A DNA stretch of 64,000 nt, from positions 52,926 through 116,925 of the forward strand of contig NMRA01000046.1 of the NCBI GenBank assembly GCA_002633005.1, written 5' to 3'. The stretch comes from Phoronis australis. Its lineage: Eukaryota > Animalia > Phoronida. Shown one piece after another: positions 36,835 to 49,500 of the stretch. The translations under genes were made by a program, and so were the position numbers. The number at the start of each line of letters is the position of its first letter. The first letter of the stretch is position 1. Below the pieces are notes generated by a model that worked only from the letters and a program-made list of their open reading frames with translations, did no database searches and was not told the origin of the DNA.

Positions 36835-38383
36835 CAGTTATAAACTTAGTTTGTGCTTGACACTGGCATAATGGTACTCAAAATTTTGAAAACTTTTAAT
36901 TTTTCGTATTTCTGGCTTCACGTGGATTCTTACTGTGGAAATGCTCCGTGTTTTTGACAGATCTTTTTGACTAAGCTGTGACTAACCTTTGGTGAAAGCC
37001 GGTATGTATAACTTTACTCGTATGGAAACAGTCGGTCATCAATAGTAAATCTATCTGCCATAACTTCGTCATTGGGTAAAACGTATCCCATTTCTCTACA
37101 ATGTATTTGTCACTACACCTACCACCAAGTTAGATATATACATGATGTACCCATGATTGCAACCATATACTTAGTTATAATCTTCACCTCAGGCTCAGAC
37201 CTGGTTTGAGGGTCTCCGAATACAACTTGGTCTCCAGCTAATAGGTAGCGCTGTTCCAAAATGTGTGACTAGGCAAATTACACTAGGACGGCCATCTTGG
37301 GATGTAGTATCTTTGTCTGTCTATATACTTCAGTCCATCAGTCATGTCAATTTGTTTGCTTAAAGCGGTGACTGTTGAGAATTCGACTGGCCAATCAGAA
37401 ACGCTGATGTAAAAAAAATTCCCGAGGAAAATTAAGTGATACCAAAGACGCTAACAAGACCATTCACCAAGGCCGCCGCCATTATCATGTCATGGACTGT
37501 GGCGACACCTAGCAGGTGTGTATGGGCCGACGAAGTACGCAAGGCATTGACTATGGCCGATCTTAGTTTGTCAAATTCAAAATTGTCAGTGAGGTGTCTT
37601 TGTTTAAAATATTGAAAACAAAAAACGAGCACTGTAATGGAAAAATACACATAGGCAAAATATAGAGTAAATCAAGAAAACATTTGGGCAGCGAAGGTAA
37701 TATAAATTACGAGAAATACATCATAAGCAAGAGGGAGACTCAGTAATAAGAGCTGAGCAGATGAAAGTAGGTTATTGGAGAATGGACGGTACTGGACCTG
37801 TAGGATTTTGTCCAGGCGGGTCAGGAATGTCATAAACATCAAGTGGATCTGCTGAAGAAGAGATAGGAGCAAAAACAGGGGGGTGCCCCTCAACCAAAAG
37901 GTTGGGGGCGGAGATAGCTTTCTTCCCCAATATTCCAGGTGTTAATATCAATTAATTAACAATTAATTATGTAAGCTTTCAACGCACAAACTTTGTTTTA
38001 AAATAAAATGGAAAAATTAGTAGACTCTCCTCCCCCCAACCATCAAATGTTTCCTACGCCAATATTCAAAAACTGCCCTCTTACGCCATCCTAACACGGG
38101 TCCAGATCTTTCTTTCGAAAATTCACATCTTAAAGTGTAATTTGCAAGGTCCAAGTATGTTCAATTGCAATAATATCTTCAAGGTATTGCTATTTTGATG
38201 TATTTTTTTCAAATCATCGTATTATTGTATCTTTAGTTATTTAAAAAAAGCGAAAGTAAGAAAATGAGCGAAAACTTGACCTTTGACACCGTGACATGGT
38301 GTTGGGGAACACAAACCAGATCATATCCCACAATGCAGATCACTGCTATTATATCACAGTACACGAAGAACAAAGACAGTTCA

Positions 38384-39110
38384 ACCTTGGCGTGTTCTAG
38401 CCATGGTGCATCGGCGTGTGTGGAAGGCATGAGCCCATTTAAATTCTAAAAAGACAAGCATCTGGCTGCGTAATGGCAGGTTTTCGTGTGCTCTGCTCGT
38501 CTTTTGAAAATGACTGTCGAGTCAGCCATCTGTCGGAGCTGAAATATGCTCCGACCATTTTGTGGACGGCTGCTTTGACGACAAACACATCATAAAGGTT
38601 GAAGCTGGTCTTATAAAAAGGTAAGTTACCTTGAGAATTTTGATGTCTAATAATTCATGACGCTTTCGCAGTGCCTCAAAAATAACTGTTAACAATTTTT
38701 TTTCACAATCACCGTCGTTCTCAAGTGTTTAAAATCTGTTGGTTTTCCGTGAAAGATTTAGTTATAAATGGATCAGTAAAACTAAAAGCCACAACAAATA
38801 AATCTGATCTCAAAAGATGCATGTATTTTGAAAAGAATGCAGACTATGAATACAGTAAAACAGGATGGTAACTCAATTCCAAGGTTTTGATTATTAAAGT
38901 AGTCTGTTTCAAAAAAAAAACAGGATAAAAATCCAATTTTGGAATTTGCTTGAAGGTTATAAAAGAAGGCGAAAACTTGCAATTAGATATCATCGTGTTT
39001 TACTTTAATCATGGACAACTCTGGATTCAAACTGTTTTTTTTACTTTTGAATTGCCGCTGTTGTGCTTTTCAGAGTATGTAAATGAAAGGAGAACACCTT
39101 CCACTTAGTG
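38384..39110 (+). pseudogene. Decayed two-exon THAP-domain gene, probably in a Kolobok-type element starting at TTAA|AG (38130)
   Basis: GMSPFKF*KDKHLAA*WQVFV...EICSDHFVDGCFD; donor AG|GTAAGT at 38621; acceptor TTTTCAG at 39073 followed by a decayed (L)KEN-VPT-like box. Confidence 0.78.
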
Positions 39111-39450
39111 GGGAACAAAAGAGAAGCTGGAGATATTGAAATTCGCTTAGAAGTTGATGTCCCGCCAATGCCGACTGCTGGTGCTCCAGATGTGTCCAAG
39201 GAGGATGCCGTGGCACAGATAAATTCAGACTTGGTGCTTTGTCAATGGACAGCACTGAAATTTCTTTCCGTCACGTATTTAACAGTCACTACCAATGTTT
39301 TAGATCAAATTTTTGATAGTGATACAGACAGCAATGCCAGTGTGTTTATAGTACCAGTAGTGGAAATTGTAAAAAACTTTTATGTGTGGTATTTGGCTGT
39401 CCCATTTGTATAGATAAACCCAGTGATATACTATGTTTTTATATTGAAAC

Positions 39451-39598
39451 TAGTGGCAGATTTAGAGGGGGGCCATGCCCCCCCCCCTAAAATTCTCCCA
39501 GATTCCATTTGACTGTTTGGGGGTGCGAATGTCTGACGGGCAAAATCCTGGCTAATACCGTGCCCTGGCCCCAACTCAAAATCCTGGATCAGCACCTG
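39451..39598 (+). mobile_element. Short hAT5-like MITE
   Basis: TAGTGGCAGATTTAG...TGGATCAGCACCTG with TSD GAAAC; homologous to 34596-34759. Confidence 0.87.
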
Positions 39599-39815
39599 GA
39601 AACATTTCAATGGTTCTTCAATACAATGACTATAAATATTGCGGCATAGCTTTTAAGTATATTTGATTTGCACCAAACTGTTGCTGTCCCATACAGTGGG
39701 TCGGTAAAGGAAGACTTTCTTAGGTGGNTCGAAAATTCACATCTTAAAGACGTTCTAGATTCAAGCAGGTGTGCCTGTGCCCATTTACATGAAACTGTCG
39801 CAAATATTGACCCAA

Positions 39816-39979
39816 CAGGGTCATATCCGGGATTTTTTAAAGGGGAGGAGTCGGATAATAATTTTTTAAGAAAGGTGGCCCAAGTCAACAATTTGAAAAA
39901 TCTAGCATTGATATCACTACAATCAAGTAACATGGGGGGGTCCGTACCCCTTTGACACCCCACCCTGGATCCGCCTGTA
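39816..39979. mobile_element. Related MITE with CAGGG...GGATCCGCC-type ends
   Basis: cagggtcatatccggg...ccctggatccgcctgta; flanks CCCAA and CTCAA (one mismatch). Confidence 0.6.
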
Positions 39980-41231
39980 CTCAATTGAGTTAGTAAATCT
40001 TTAGGCATTTTTTTGTTCTTTGCTCACAGTTTTTATATTTTTCTATCATTTTATCATTATTATGAGCTCCTCTTTAGACTTGTGACGTTTTATAATAATA
40101 AAACTAAAACTGAGCTCTTAATTCAGTCAAAACATTTAGGGACTTAGTCCTTAAATTAGGCGCATTGTTTGAAAAGATCCCTACTTATTTTCAATCATAT
40201 TGAGAATTCAACGTAGAAAACTCACAAAAACGTAGTAGTTTTAGGGAACATAGTGGAGTCGCTATTTGGGACTGATTCACTGGACCCCAAGCATCCGTGC
40301 CCAATGATATCTGAAATGGGTAGCGAATTGGGGTGGGTTACGGTGAGTGAAACTGGAGGGAAGAGCGGGTAGGAATTCCAAACCAGCAAGAGATGGAATT
40401 CTCGCCTGAAGTCCAGTAAACCTGCCTTGTATGCCTCCATAAAACAGCCAAGCTGTCTATTGAATACGCAGTCCATTTCGGGTATTTTTACTATGCTTTC
40501 CAGCTCTCGTAAATCATTCACATTTTTTAAATCAACTATCAGCAGTTAGTCAAAGGCGTATTCAGCCTGCGCCGGCAGGCCAACCTCAAAGTAAATAACA
40601 TAAGGGCGCCTTATTTCCTGACTTGATGTTTTAAGACCCATGTCAAAATAAAAATCTAAACAAACGACATCGTCACTGGAGTGTAACAAGTTTCCAAGGT
40701 ACTACACATACTACCGAAGTGACCACAGATGTATGGCTCAATGTGCCTTTAAAAGAACACTTCCTTCACCACTTCCTATGGCAAATAATCAAGTAGGTTA
40801 TCAAACCATAAAAGTAATATTTATTATGCACTGAAGAACATATCATGATCATATTATAAAGATTATTAATCAACGACAGAGAGGATGTTGACTGTATGGG
40901 ATCACAACTGAAGAAATAATTCAAATAAGTAATAGCAAATAAACAAAAATAAATAATAAATAATCAAGAATAGATATAAAAACAAATATATGATAAAAAC
41001 AATAATAGGTTAGTTAATAATAGTAAATATAGTTATCTTTTAGATCTGAATGTATTAAGACTGCAGAATGAAATAAAAAAAGTAATTAGAAGCATCAATG
41101 GGCATAGAATAAACTAATCAGTAGTTCCCAAAATCATACCAACTATTTATGTTCAAATCACCCAGTCCATCACTGAATGACTGGCAACAGTTTCACGCAG
41201 AAATATCCTCTGTTTCAATCATGAACATCAC

Positions 41232-41348
41232 CTATCTTAATCATTGGGGAAGCAAAAAAGCATAAGTCACGAATTTTCAATTAACTGTTGCTGCAGTCGT
41301 ATGCAGTGCAAAAAGCACTATTGCTTTTTTACCGACGGGAGCCGTGAT
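41232..41348 (-). pseudogene. Decayed THAP exon 1 (copy A)
   Basis: AFCTAYDCSNS*LKIRDLCFF-FPND*DR followed by GTGA donor. Confidence 0.65.
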
Positions 41349-42279
41349 ATCTTGCCACATTTGTTTATTGCACGCACACTCGCTAGACATCTCTACGGTC
41401 CATGAAACAACAATGTCCGCCAGTGACCGTCCGATGGGATATTGCTAGGTGGACTGTCTCCCTATCTACGATCTCTGATGGTAGCACCATAGATGCTGCA
41501 GTTACTGGCGCCATGCCTAATCCGACAGCACCACTGACAATTCCCTCTACAGTCACAGGCACAATAGGAACCGCTTGGTGCAGACTTTTCGGTATCCCCG
41601 CTTGACTTACTTTCTCATGCAAGTGAACAACTTTATGAAATGAATGAATACAAAAATACATTTAAGGTATCTACACATATTAACTCATCCTCTGATTTTC
41701 AGCATATTTTTTAATCAAAGGGATTTAAAAATCCCAAGTGTGTTAAACCAAACAAATACTTAAAATAACCTTTCAGATCAATAAAAGTATACATCCAAGT
41801 CATAAAATCAAAATCAACAGAGTCCGCTTCTTTTTAACTGTAGTAAGTAGAGAGGTGAGCTTCACGTAGCAATACAATAGATATAACAAAACCAACAGTC
41901 ATGGAGGATGAAATTGTGGTCATTATCAATTATGTCCTATTACCTCACCTAAAAGCTTTACTAATGCAGCACTGTTGCTCAGCACTGGGCTCACTCGTGG
42001 CGTAGCTGTGATCTATTGGCTGGAAAAGTATCATTTACATTATAACAAATACAAAATGCGGCAAAAATATGTGGCATCAGCAATGTTGTCTATGCAACGT
42101 CACTCACTCTTTCCCATTAATGCAGCTAAGTAATCAACCTTCCGAGTAATGTTGCTTTGGAATAACGCCTGATTGATATATTTTTCAAGTAATGATCCTT
42201 CGGACTATAGGTCCTTCAAAGTACAATGAAGGCCCATCAAAGTTTAGACCTAAACCCATACTAGTCTACTGGACTACGT

Positions 42280-42844
42280 TAACATCACAGCATTTCTCCT
42301 TAGCAGGTCCACGCATTTGCTGTTTATCACCTATCTCTTGGATCTGGATGTATAACGACTGAAGTGAATTGAAGAAATTAAAGAAATTACAATTTAGATC
42401 CAATCATAGAATAGAAACACAAGTTATCAGTAGGCCCTAAGTCGTGAAACACATGCAGGACAATTTCGGTTATAGTTTGATAGGTGGGTCCCTGACTCAA
42501 AATTCATTCTAGAACCAGTTACTACCATTGAATAACGGGCGTAATTCAGTGGAAGTAGGCTCTAAAATCAAGTACCCATCATCAAGGCCATGTATCTTAT
42601 TACCACAATTTTGCTTTAAGAAATCAAATAAAACCTTGAAACTTAAAGGTAAGACAAGTTCAGATCACTCTGCCAACATCAATGGGTGACTGGAAGCATA
42701 TTCACAAAAAGAATTCTATGTATCACTCGTATATCTCACCTGTCTTTATCATTGGGGAGAAGTGCAAGTCCGGATTTTTCAACTGACTGTTGCTGCAGCG
42801 CAAAAAGCTCTTCTGATCCTCTTTTTAGGGACTGCAGCCGCCAT
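42280..42844 (-). pseudogene. Decayed THAP exons 1-2 (copy B)
   Basis: Exon 42844-42740 reads MAAAVPKKRIRRAFCA-CSNSQLKNPDL-F-PNDKDR then GTGAG. Downstream SKR*VINSKCVDLLRRN resembles the THAP W..N.RR.DL segment. Confidence 0.68.
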
Positions 42845-43000
42845 ATCTTGTTTTGAAGTTACTTGACACAGCACTACTCTCAGAAGTATTAACTATGGGA
42901 AATCTATATGACTAACTACGTGATGAGATAAAATATCTTGTCTCTGTGACCACTGACCACGCCGGAGTATCAGCCATATTCCTTTTTTCGCCCACACACC

Positions 43001-43151
43001 CGCTAGACATCTCTACGGTCCATGAAACAACAATGGCCGCCAGTGTCCGTACAATGGATTTCGCTAGGTGAAACGTCTCCCTCTTTACGGTCTCTGGTGA
43101 TACCTGCGTGCTGGCTACTGACCACCTAGCGGCACGCAGGGAACCAGCGAG
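43001..43151. repeat. Dispersed repeat shared with 41381-41480, ending in the CCAGCGAG terminus of the Mutator-like family
   Basis: cgctagacatctctacggtccatgaaacaacaatg at 41381 and 43001; cctagcggcacgcagggaaccagcgag at ~43125. Confidence 0.8.
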
Positions 43152-45122
43152 ATTATAACTAGCGTCACGTAATGGCGACTTCCGGCGCATCTAGATGGCA
43201 CTGAACAGTTAGGCTGCGGCCGCATGTCATTCTTTGCATCCTGTTTTCTACACAGTGAAGAAAAGGTGACAAATCAAGTGACGTGTGTTTTGATGGGCAA
43301 ACCCAGTGAGAACTGCTCTGTGCCTCCCTATATCACTATGTAATGGTGTGTAAGTGCTGCCCCCTTTTTCCAATGATGTATACTAGAGTTATGTTATAAC
43401 AGATCGAAAAAACCTCACATGTTTCAACGCATAGTTGGCTTGTAGACCAGTTGCCAACACAGACTAGACGGATCCGATCTATTCCGGCTCATGATTGATT
43501 ATAAAAATGACGCCAAGTAAGAGTAAGCAGCGAATGTTGGCTCTCCTAATAAGGATACAGATTGGCATCCTTTTTCACGATAATTCTATTATTCTTAAAT
43601 GTCACGTTGATGTATGTCTGGTAACAGAGACACGCTTTTAAAGTCCTTATCTCAAAGGGTATTCTAGTTCAAAAACTTAAAAATATATACCAAATTATGT
43701 AATATGTAACGTGGCATGATGTTCACATCCTTTCTGTTATCAAACTAAAAGCCTTTTTAGCACAATTTTGGACTTCGACCGAGATCGGAAAATCATCGAC
43801 TACTCCGTGACCTGAGTTCCTGTGTGTCAGTTCAGGAACGATTCCTGAATGCCAGTCATGTTGTCCTTGAAAACTTATTGACATCACCGCGAGCGTAAAT
43901 GCTTTGTTACTTTATTTGGTTGTTTTTGATTCCCATTTTGGTTCTTTTTATACAAACTTGATTATTTATTGTCAAAATTTCACCTGTTCTTGGCATATGA
44001 CGAATGGTATTTTATGCATAATCATAAGTTTGTGAAGTACCATCGCAAAGTCTCCCGTAGTCAACGCTCGGTTACTGAGGTCAGCCCAGACTCATCGCGA
44101 GGGTACGTCAAATTTCAGCAACATTACCCGTTTAGGTAATAAATTAGAGGAAAAAAGTTTCTTGATCAACAAATGTCTTATCTTTATATCGCCATATCTT
44201 GAAATTGATGCAAAGTACAAGCCTGAAGTGAGCAATTGTCGTGTCACGGTGACTACCAGGACGTGTGAGCGCAGTGCGTAATTGCACTGAAATCGGCACC
44301 GGCTTTACTGACCGTTTAAAAATGTAAAATAGAAAAAAACATCCACATACGGCGATGTTTTGACAAACAAAAACAAGTTTTATCTCAAAACAGAGAGCTC
44401 CACATCTGTGCTTGATTTTTCTGCCTGGACACAGTAACCGGTGAAGTACTGCTGATTCCCCGGCCTGCAGTCGCCGTGACTCTTCGCCGGAAAAATAATC
44501 ACTTGCTAACTTGGCTTTGATTTTCAATATATTTTCAAACCTCACAAAAACAAACTTACAATACATACCTCTGTTGTCTAAATATAAAAATTCTGCGCCG
44601 CAAACCAGGGCGGGGGGAGTGTAGTGAATTTCAGTCAGTGAACTGAATGTCGGCGATGGGAAACTATTGTAGTGTTAGGAGCATGACGCAGTATATTTTA
44701 ATCTCTTTGTCACAGGAATTTCACTCATTCAGGGCCGGGTAGCTTATTACTGTGGGAATTATTCCTTTTACTTAATTAATACTTCCATTATACCATTTGG
44801 CACCATGGCAAGTTTTCTACCTGAAGTTATTTCGCCACCAAATGATATTCTTTTGGCAGTCAGCCGCCCGGCCGTAGCGAAGTCGCGTCTACATTTTTTT
44901 CCACATTTTCGAAACTTTAACTTGAGGATATTCTAACTATATAGAAATTTTATTCAATAATTTGATCTTGCATGTTCGTAGTTCTGTTTATACTGTTTGT
45001 TTACCAGAGTTAATTAAACCCAGTAAAACACGCTTAGCTTAGCCCCGGCTGCCATACACGGCCCGTTGTTATTCAGCAATCGTTGCCACAGGACTGTTAC
45101 TAGTCCGTAATTTTATACAAAA

Positions 45123-45163
45123 TAGTAAAACTAGTAAAACTAGTAAAACTAGTAAAACTAAAA
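45123..45163. repeat. (ACTAGTAAA)n 9-bp tandem repeat
   Basis: Seen directly, ~4 copies. Confidence 0.9.
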
Positions 45164-45372
45164 TGACGAGCGTCGGTACTAAAATGTAGTAAAATATCCC
45201 CACGTGTCGAGCGATGCGCTCTTTCTCAAGGGTGTGCTACAGACTGCTGAATACATGTTGATAGATGTAAAATAAAATGGCACAGGGGACCACATAGTGA
45301 CATACAATAAACGCGAACAATATGAACACAACAGGACATAGCAACAACCAGTGGGGTAGGCCTACGTATGAC

Positions 45373-45440
45373 GAGAGAGAGAGGGAGAGAGAGAGAGAGA
45401 AAGAGGGAGAGAGAGGGAGAGAGAGGGAGAGAGAGGGGGA
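45373..45440. repeat. (GA)n microsatellite running into an assembly gap (45441-45604)
   Basis: Seen directly. Confidence 0.95.
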
Positions 45441-46339
45441 NNNNNNNNNNNNNNNNNNNNNNNNNNNNNNNNNNNNNNNNNNNNNNNNNNNNNNNNNNNN
45501 NNNNNNNNNNNNNNNNNNNNNNNNNNNNNNNNNNNNNNNNNNNNNNNNNNNNNNNNNNNNNNNNNNNNNNNNNNNNNNNNNNNNNNNNNNNNNNNNNNNN
45601 NNNNGAGACCCAAACAGAGACATACGCAGCTACTGTACTCTATTCACTACAGACTTGTCGACCTCAGATTCAGAGTGTGATCACACATGATAATCTGCCG
45701 TTAATATCGTTTTATCACACGTGGGAACGAGATTAAAAAATCTCTGGTGTTGACCACAGAGTTTATCTTTAGCGCGCATTTCAAAAATCCTAAATTTTGC
45801 ATTTTTTCTGGAAGTTTCCTCACAAGGGAAAGTGAATAACTCTGTGGTAGACTTTACGAGGTCACACTTTAGCAAGGATTGTTTGAAATGTATTTTTGAC
45901 AAGCTTTTGTGTTCCATGCCTCTTCAAAACAATTATCGTGTAGGGCAGGGGAACAATTTCTGTCCTTGCGGGGAAATCAGCTTTCGCTGCTAAATTACGC
46001 TTCCTTATTTTTATGAACAGTCATGAGCTAGAATGCATTAGAGCTGTCTAATTTCTTCAAGTTTTACTTAGGTAATGATATTTTCGGTAAAGAAAAGTCT
46101 ATGAAAAGTTTGAACTATAACAGGTTTTCTAAAATGTTACGACATATTTCGGGCGGTAAAATATCCACCATTGTCAAACTTTATTCAGAGAATGAATGCC
46201 AGAATGGCTACAGGTAGAATACACAGAAAAATCCAAAACACGCAAAAATACAAGAACAGAATTGGCTAGCACTCAGCGAATCACAACTCGGTGTACAGTG
46301 TAAACGACTCATGGCAAACCTGTGCAGGTGTGAGGATGT

Positions 46340-46430
46340 TTCTGAATACCGAATGTGAATGGCTTCACGCAGTTTCAAGCGATAGCGATTAGTATCACTG
46401 TCCACAATCGTAAAGCTTTGCCAATTGTAT
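46340..46430 (-). mobile_element. Penelope-like element GIY-YIG endonuclease C-terminal fragment
   Basis: YNWQSFTIVDSDTNRYRLKLREAIHIR matches the PLE DW..I...E....R...EAI.I motif. Confidence 0.7.
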
Positions 46431-49104
46431 TCGTCAGTACTAGATATTTCGGAAAAACCTACGCGACTTTCCTAAAACTAGTCTGAAGCAAACATTTACT
46501 TACTTAGATACATTTAAATTACTTTGTACTTGTCCCGTTGGTCCCAGGCTAAAAGGAGTCAACCAAACTATTGGTAACATTTTGTCTTTGTCTAATAGCG
46601 TTCGATTGCTCCCACTAATAAAACTACACGAAACTGAGTTGTAAGACTGTGGGCGACCTGTAATTTTGGTAGAATACTGAAGCACAATTTCCTTTGTTCA
46701 TACAAATTCTGACTCAGTTGAGGAAAAGTGAAATTTCATTATCAATGTTTGGAATCGATCTATTTATTGGTCTCAATCACACTTGTTTAACAGTAAATGC
46801 CAAAACCTCAATTTGGGTAATGTCCAATGTAAAACGGTTAAGCATTCGCAAAAAAAACATTGGTGATACAAGATCCGTGGAAACATTTGTAAGCTGTTTC
46901 GCACATATGGTTGTCATACTATTAGTTGTGACTTGAAGTGATCAAATGTCGCGGAAAACGATCGCCGCAAACCAACCTTACACTGTCTCGTTAAATTAAC
47001 TTCCACTGAAAACCAAAAACACAGCTGTTGTACTATACAAGTCTTTGGACACGTTTCGAAATTGACTGAAACGTCAGCCATGCGCGAACAGACCGAGATT
47101 GTTTATTGAAAACCAGACGCGGTGACAGCGTTAGGAGCATGAGGTCGTAAATGCTGACTAGAGGCGGATCTCTTTAGAGGTAAGGGTGTAAAATTCAATC
47201 TAGTTGTGGTTCAATTACTACCCCGTCACGATCCACAAACTGTCTAAAACGCATAGAGTTTTCACTCACATTGTCACCAATAATGTTATGTGAACCGTTG
47301 CACGCTGGAGCTTAACCAACTGCTTGCGTTTTCGCCTGCAATATTTTGCGGCCTTAAATCTTGTTAGACAGGCATGCGCAGGGAACGGGTGTTCATCAGT
47401 GATGAACTTTAGAGCAATAAACGCTTCATCAGCCTTAGCTTTGATATTCATTTTCAAGAGGACATTATAGATTTTACCGCCGAAATACGCATTTCTGTGA
47501 TTATAGTGGGATGATATGGACTTCTTGAAGTTATTAGGTTTGATCGGAGTTACACATCAACAAAATCAGTTGTGTCGTTGTAATTTTATTATAATACTCT
47601 CCGTCGTCAGTCAGACAATTTCGCTATGAGTGTGAGGAAACAAACCAGCCGACAGCGAAAACGACTTCTTCGCGGACACACTGTGTAGCTAAAATGCTTT
47701 CTCCATTGAAAAACTGCTAGTGTTTTCGCCATTAATGTGAATCTAGTTTTGATGAACGTAAGTGACGGATTTGTGACACGTATTGAGTAAATAGTATTTA
47801 TCATACAATTTTGATGGTATGAGTTTTTACTGTTTTCCTTCGCCAGGGATTCACGAATCCTCGAGTTTTAAGATGCTACATTGGGTACTAACTTCCTCCA
47901 ACTTGTCCTTCTCAAGGTTCTTGAAAACAGTAGTTGATTTGATTTGATTTACTGATGAAAGTGGTGCATTTTGAGCAGTTCAGTAAAACAACTATAGTGT
48001 AATATAGTACCATATTTGTCTACGCTGACTTGAGCGATTAAAAGTTAAGACCCCTTGAGGTTTGTCATTGCTATCATTTGCACCCAATTAGCATTGTTTC
48101 TTTCACAATTGTCCTCGCCAGCCCTCACTGATGGTGAATTTACATTTTGAGAAAGTTTGGGCTCATCAGGATACCACGGGTATCCTGAAAAGTTAGGACG
48201 TTTATAATAGTCAGACAGAGAGCCATGACCAGTAGGAGAACATTTCGTGTGTACTTTCAACTGGAAGTTCATTTTTTCCTGGTTGACTAAATAAAGTATT
48301 TGCAATTCGTTATCTAAAATGTTCCCTTGTCTTAAGTTACAAATTTTCTGTTAAACACGAAGTTTACTTGGATTAAACTGTCACTTATGTTGAGCAGTAG
48401 AGAGCGCTGTAAACAATTACAGCATTGACCAATCACAAACTGAGAAACCAATTTGTTGTACCCGCGGTAGATGCGGAGTGTACATCTACCTCGGGTACCG
48501 TGGAAACAAAATCTTGGCCGAAAGTACCACCAGTTTACCCCAACTTTGGTGTATTTGCTAGCATAGTATGGATAAAATGCAGGCATTTTCAAATTTCGAT
48601 CGTCAAATACATGTATGTTGTTCATCCAGTGTCCACTTTGATTGTGGATTGGTGGATTGACATGCATGCGTGTGTGCGTTTCCGTTCTTTAAATTCAGTA
48701 CATGCCGACGGTAAGTTCACTGTCGTTTCTCAAAAAGCAGACATTTAACTACCGAGTTTCCTTGCACTGAGAAATCCCCGAATGTTCACATTATTAGGCA
48801 AAAGTAACTCTAGGTCTGCTCTTGTCGGTCAATGCCAATGGTGCACAGCCTTGCAGATTTCATACGAGCAACAAACTTGATGGAAAAGATTTCCAAGGTT
48901 ACATGTCACTTTTCATTACTACGAAGGTTCGCTACATTCGAATGTCCACAAATCAGAAACCACTGAGAACTCCGACAGTTCATTACTCTGATTATATACT
49001 AATGATTCGGAACTGACATGAATAAAGTATTGAATTTGTGTCAATTTACTAACCATTTAAAGGGTGAAAGCATGAAAATTTTGAGACATCCAGTTGAGAA
49101 AACA

Positions 49105-49500
49105 GATCAAGTTTGAGTCCAATATTGGAATAAAAACTTACAAAAATTAGCGACTTTGCGTCCGCATCTCACGGTCTTCAGTTTGGCTTGTGACGTTATC
49201 GTTATTCTGGCCAATTGGTGGCGTTTTGGCTAAACTGCACGGCATTGACGTCAGTACACAATCCCATACGTGTGACAAATCTAATCGTAAACAGAATCTT
49301 TTATTTAAAGAGGGACTCTCAATGCGCTCATGGAGAGCACTGTGAGCCAGCAAGACTGGATCAAAAGGGGGTGTAAAGGAAGCTCTCCAATTGGCCAGAA
49401 CAACGATAACGTCACAAGCCAAACTGAAGTCCGTGAGATGCGGACGCAAAGTCGCTAATTTTTGTAAGTTTTTATTCCAGTATTAGACTCAAACTTGATC
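49105..49500. mobile_element. Foldback MITE with ~114-bp near-perfect TIRs
   Basis: 49105-49218 is the reverse complement of 49387-49500 with few mismatches. Confidence 0.93.

Larger units (their letters stand above)
33719..37443 (+). mobile_element. Second, fragmented copy of the 8283-8946 element, split by two large inserts
   Basis: Colinear pieces 33719-33789, 35093-35410 and 37325-37443 match successive parts of 8283-8842. Confidence 0.8.

Noticed and set aside
45237-45736. ORFs spanning N runs (also 55317-55689) and WMDG ORFs at 63679-63998
   Set aside because: Artefacts of assembly gaps and microsatellites.
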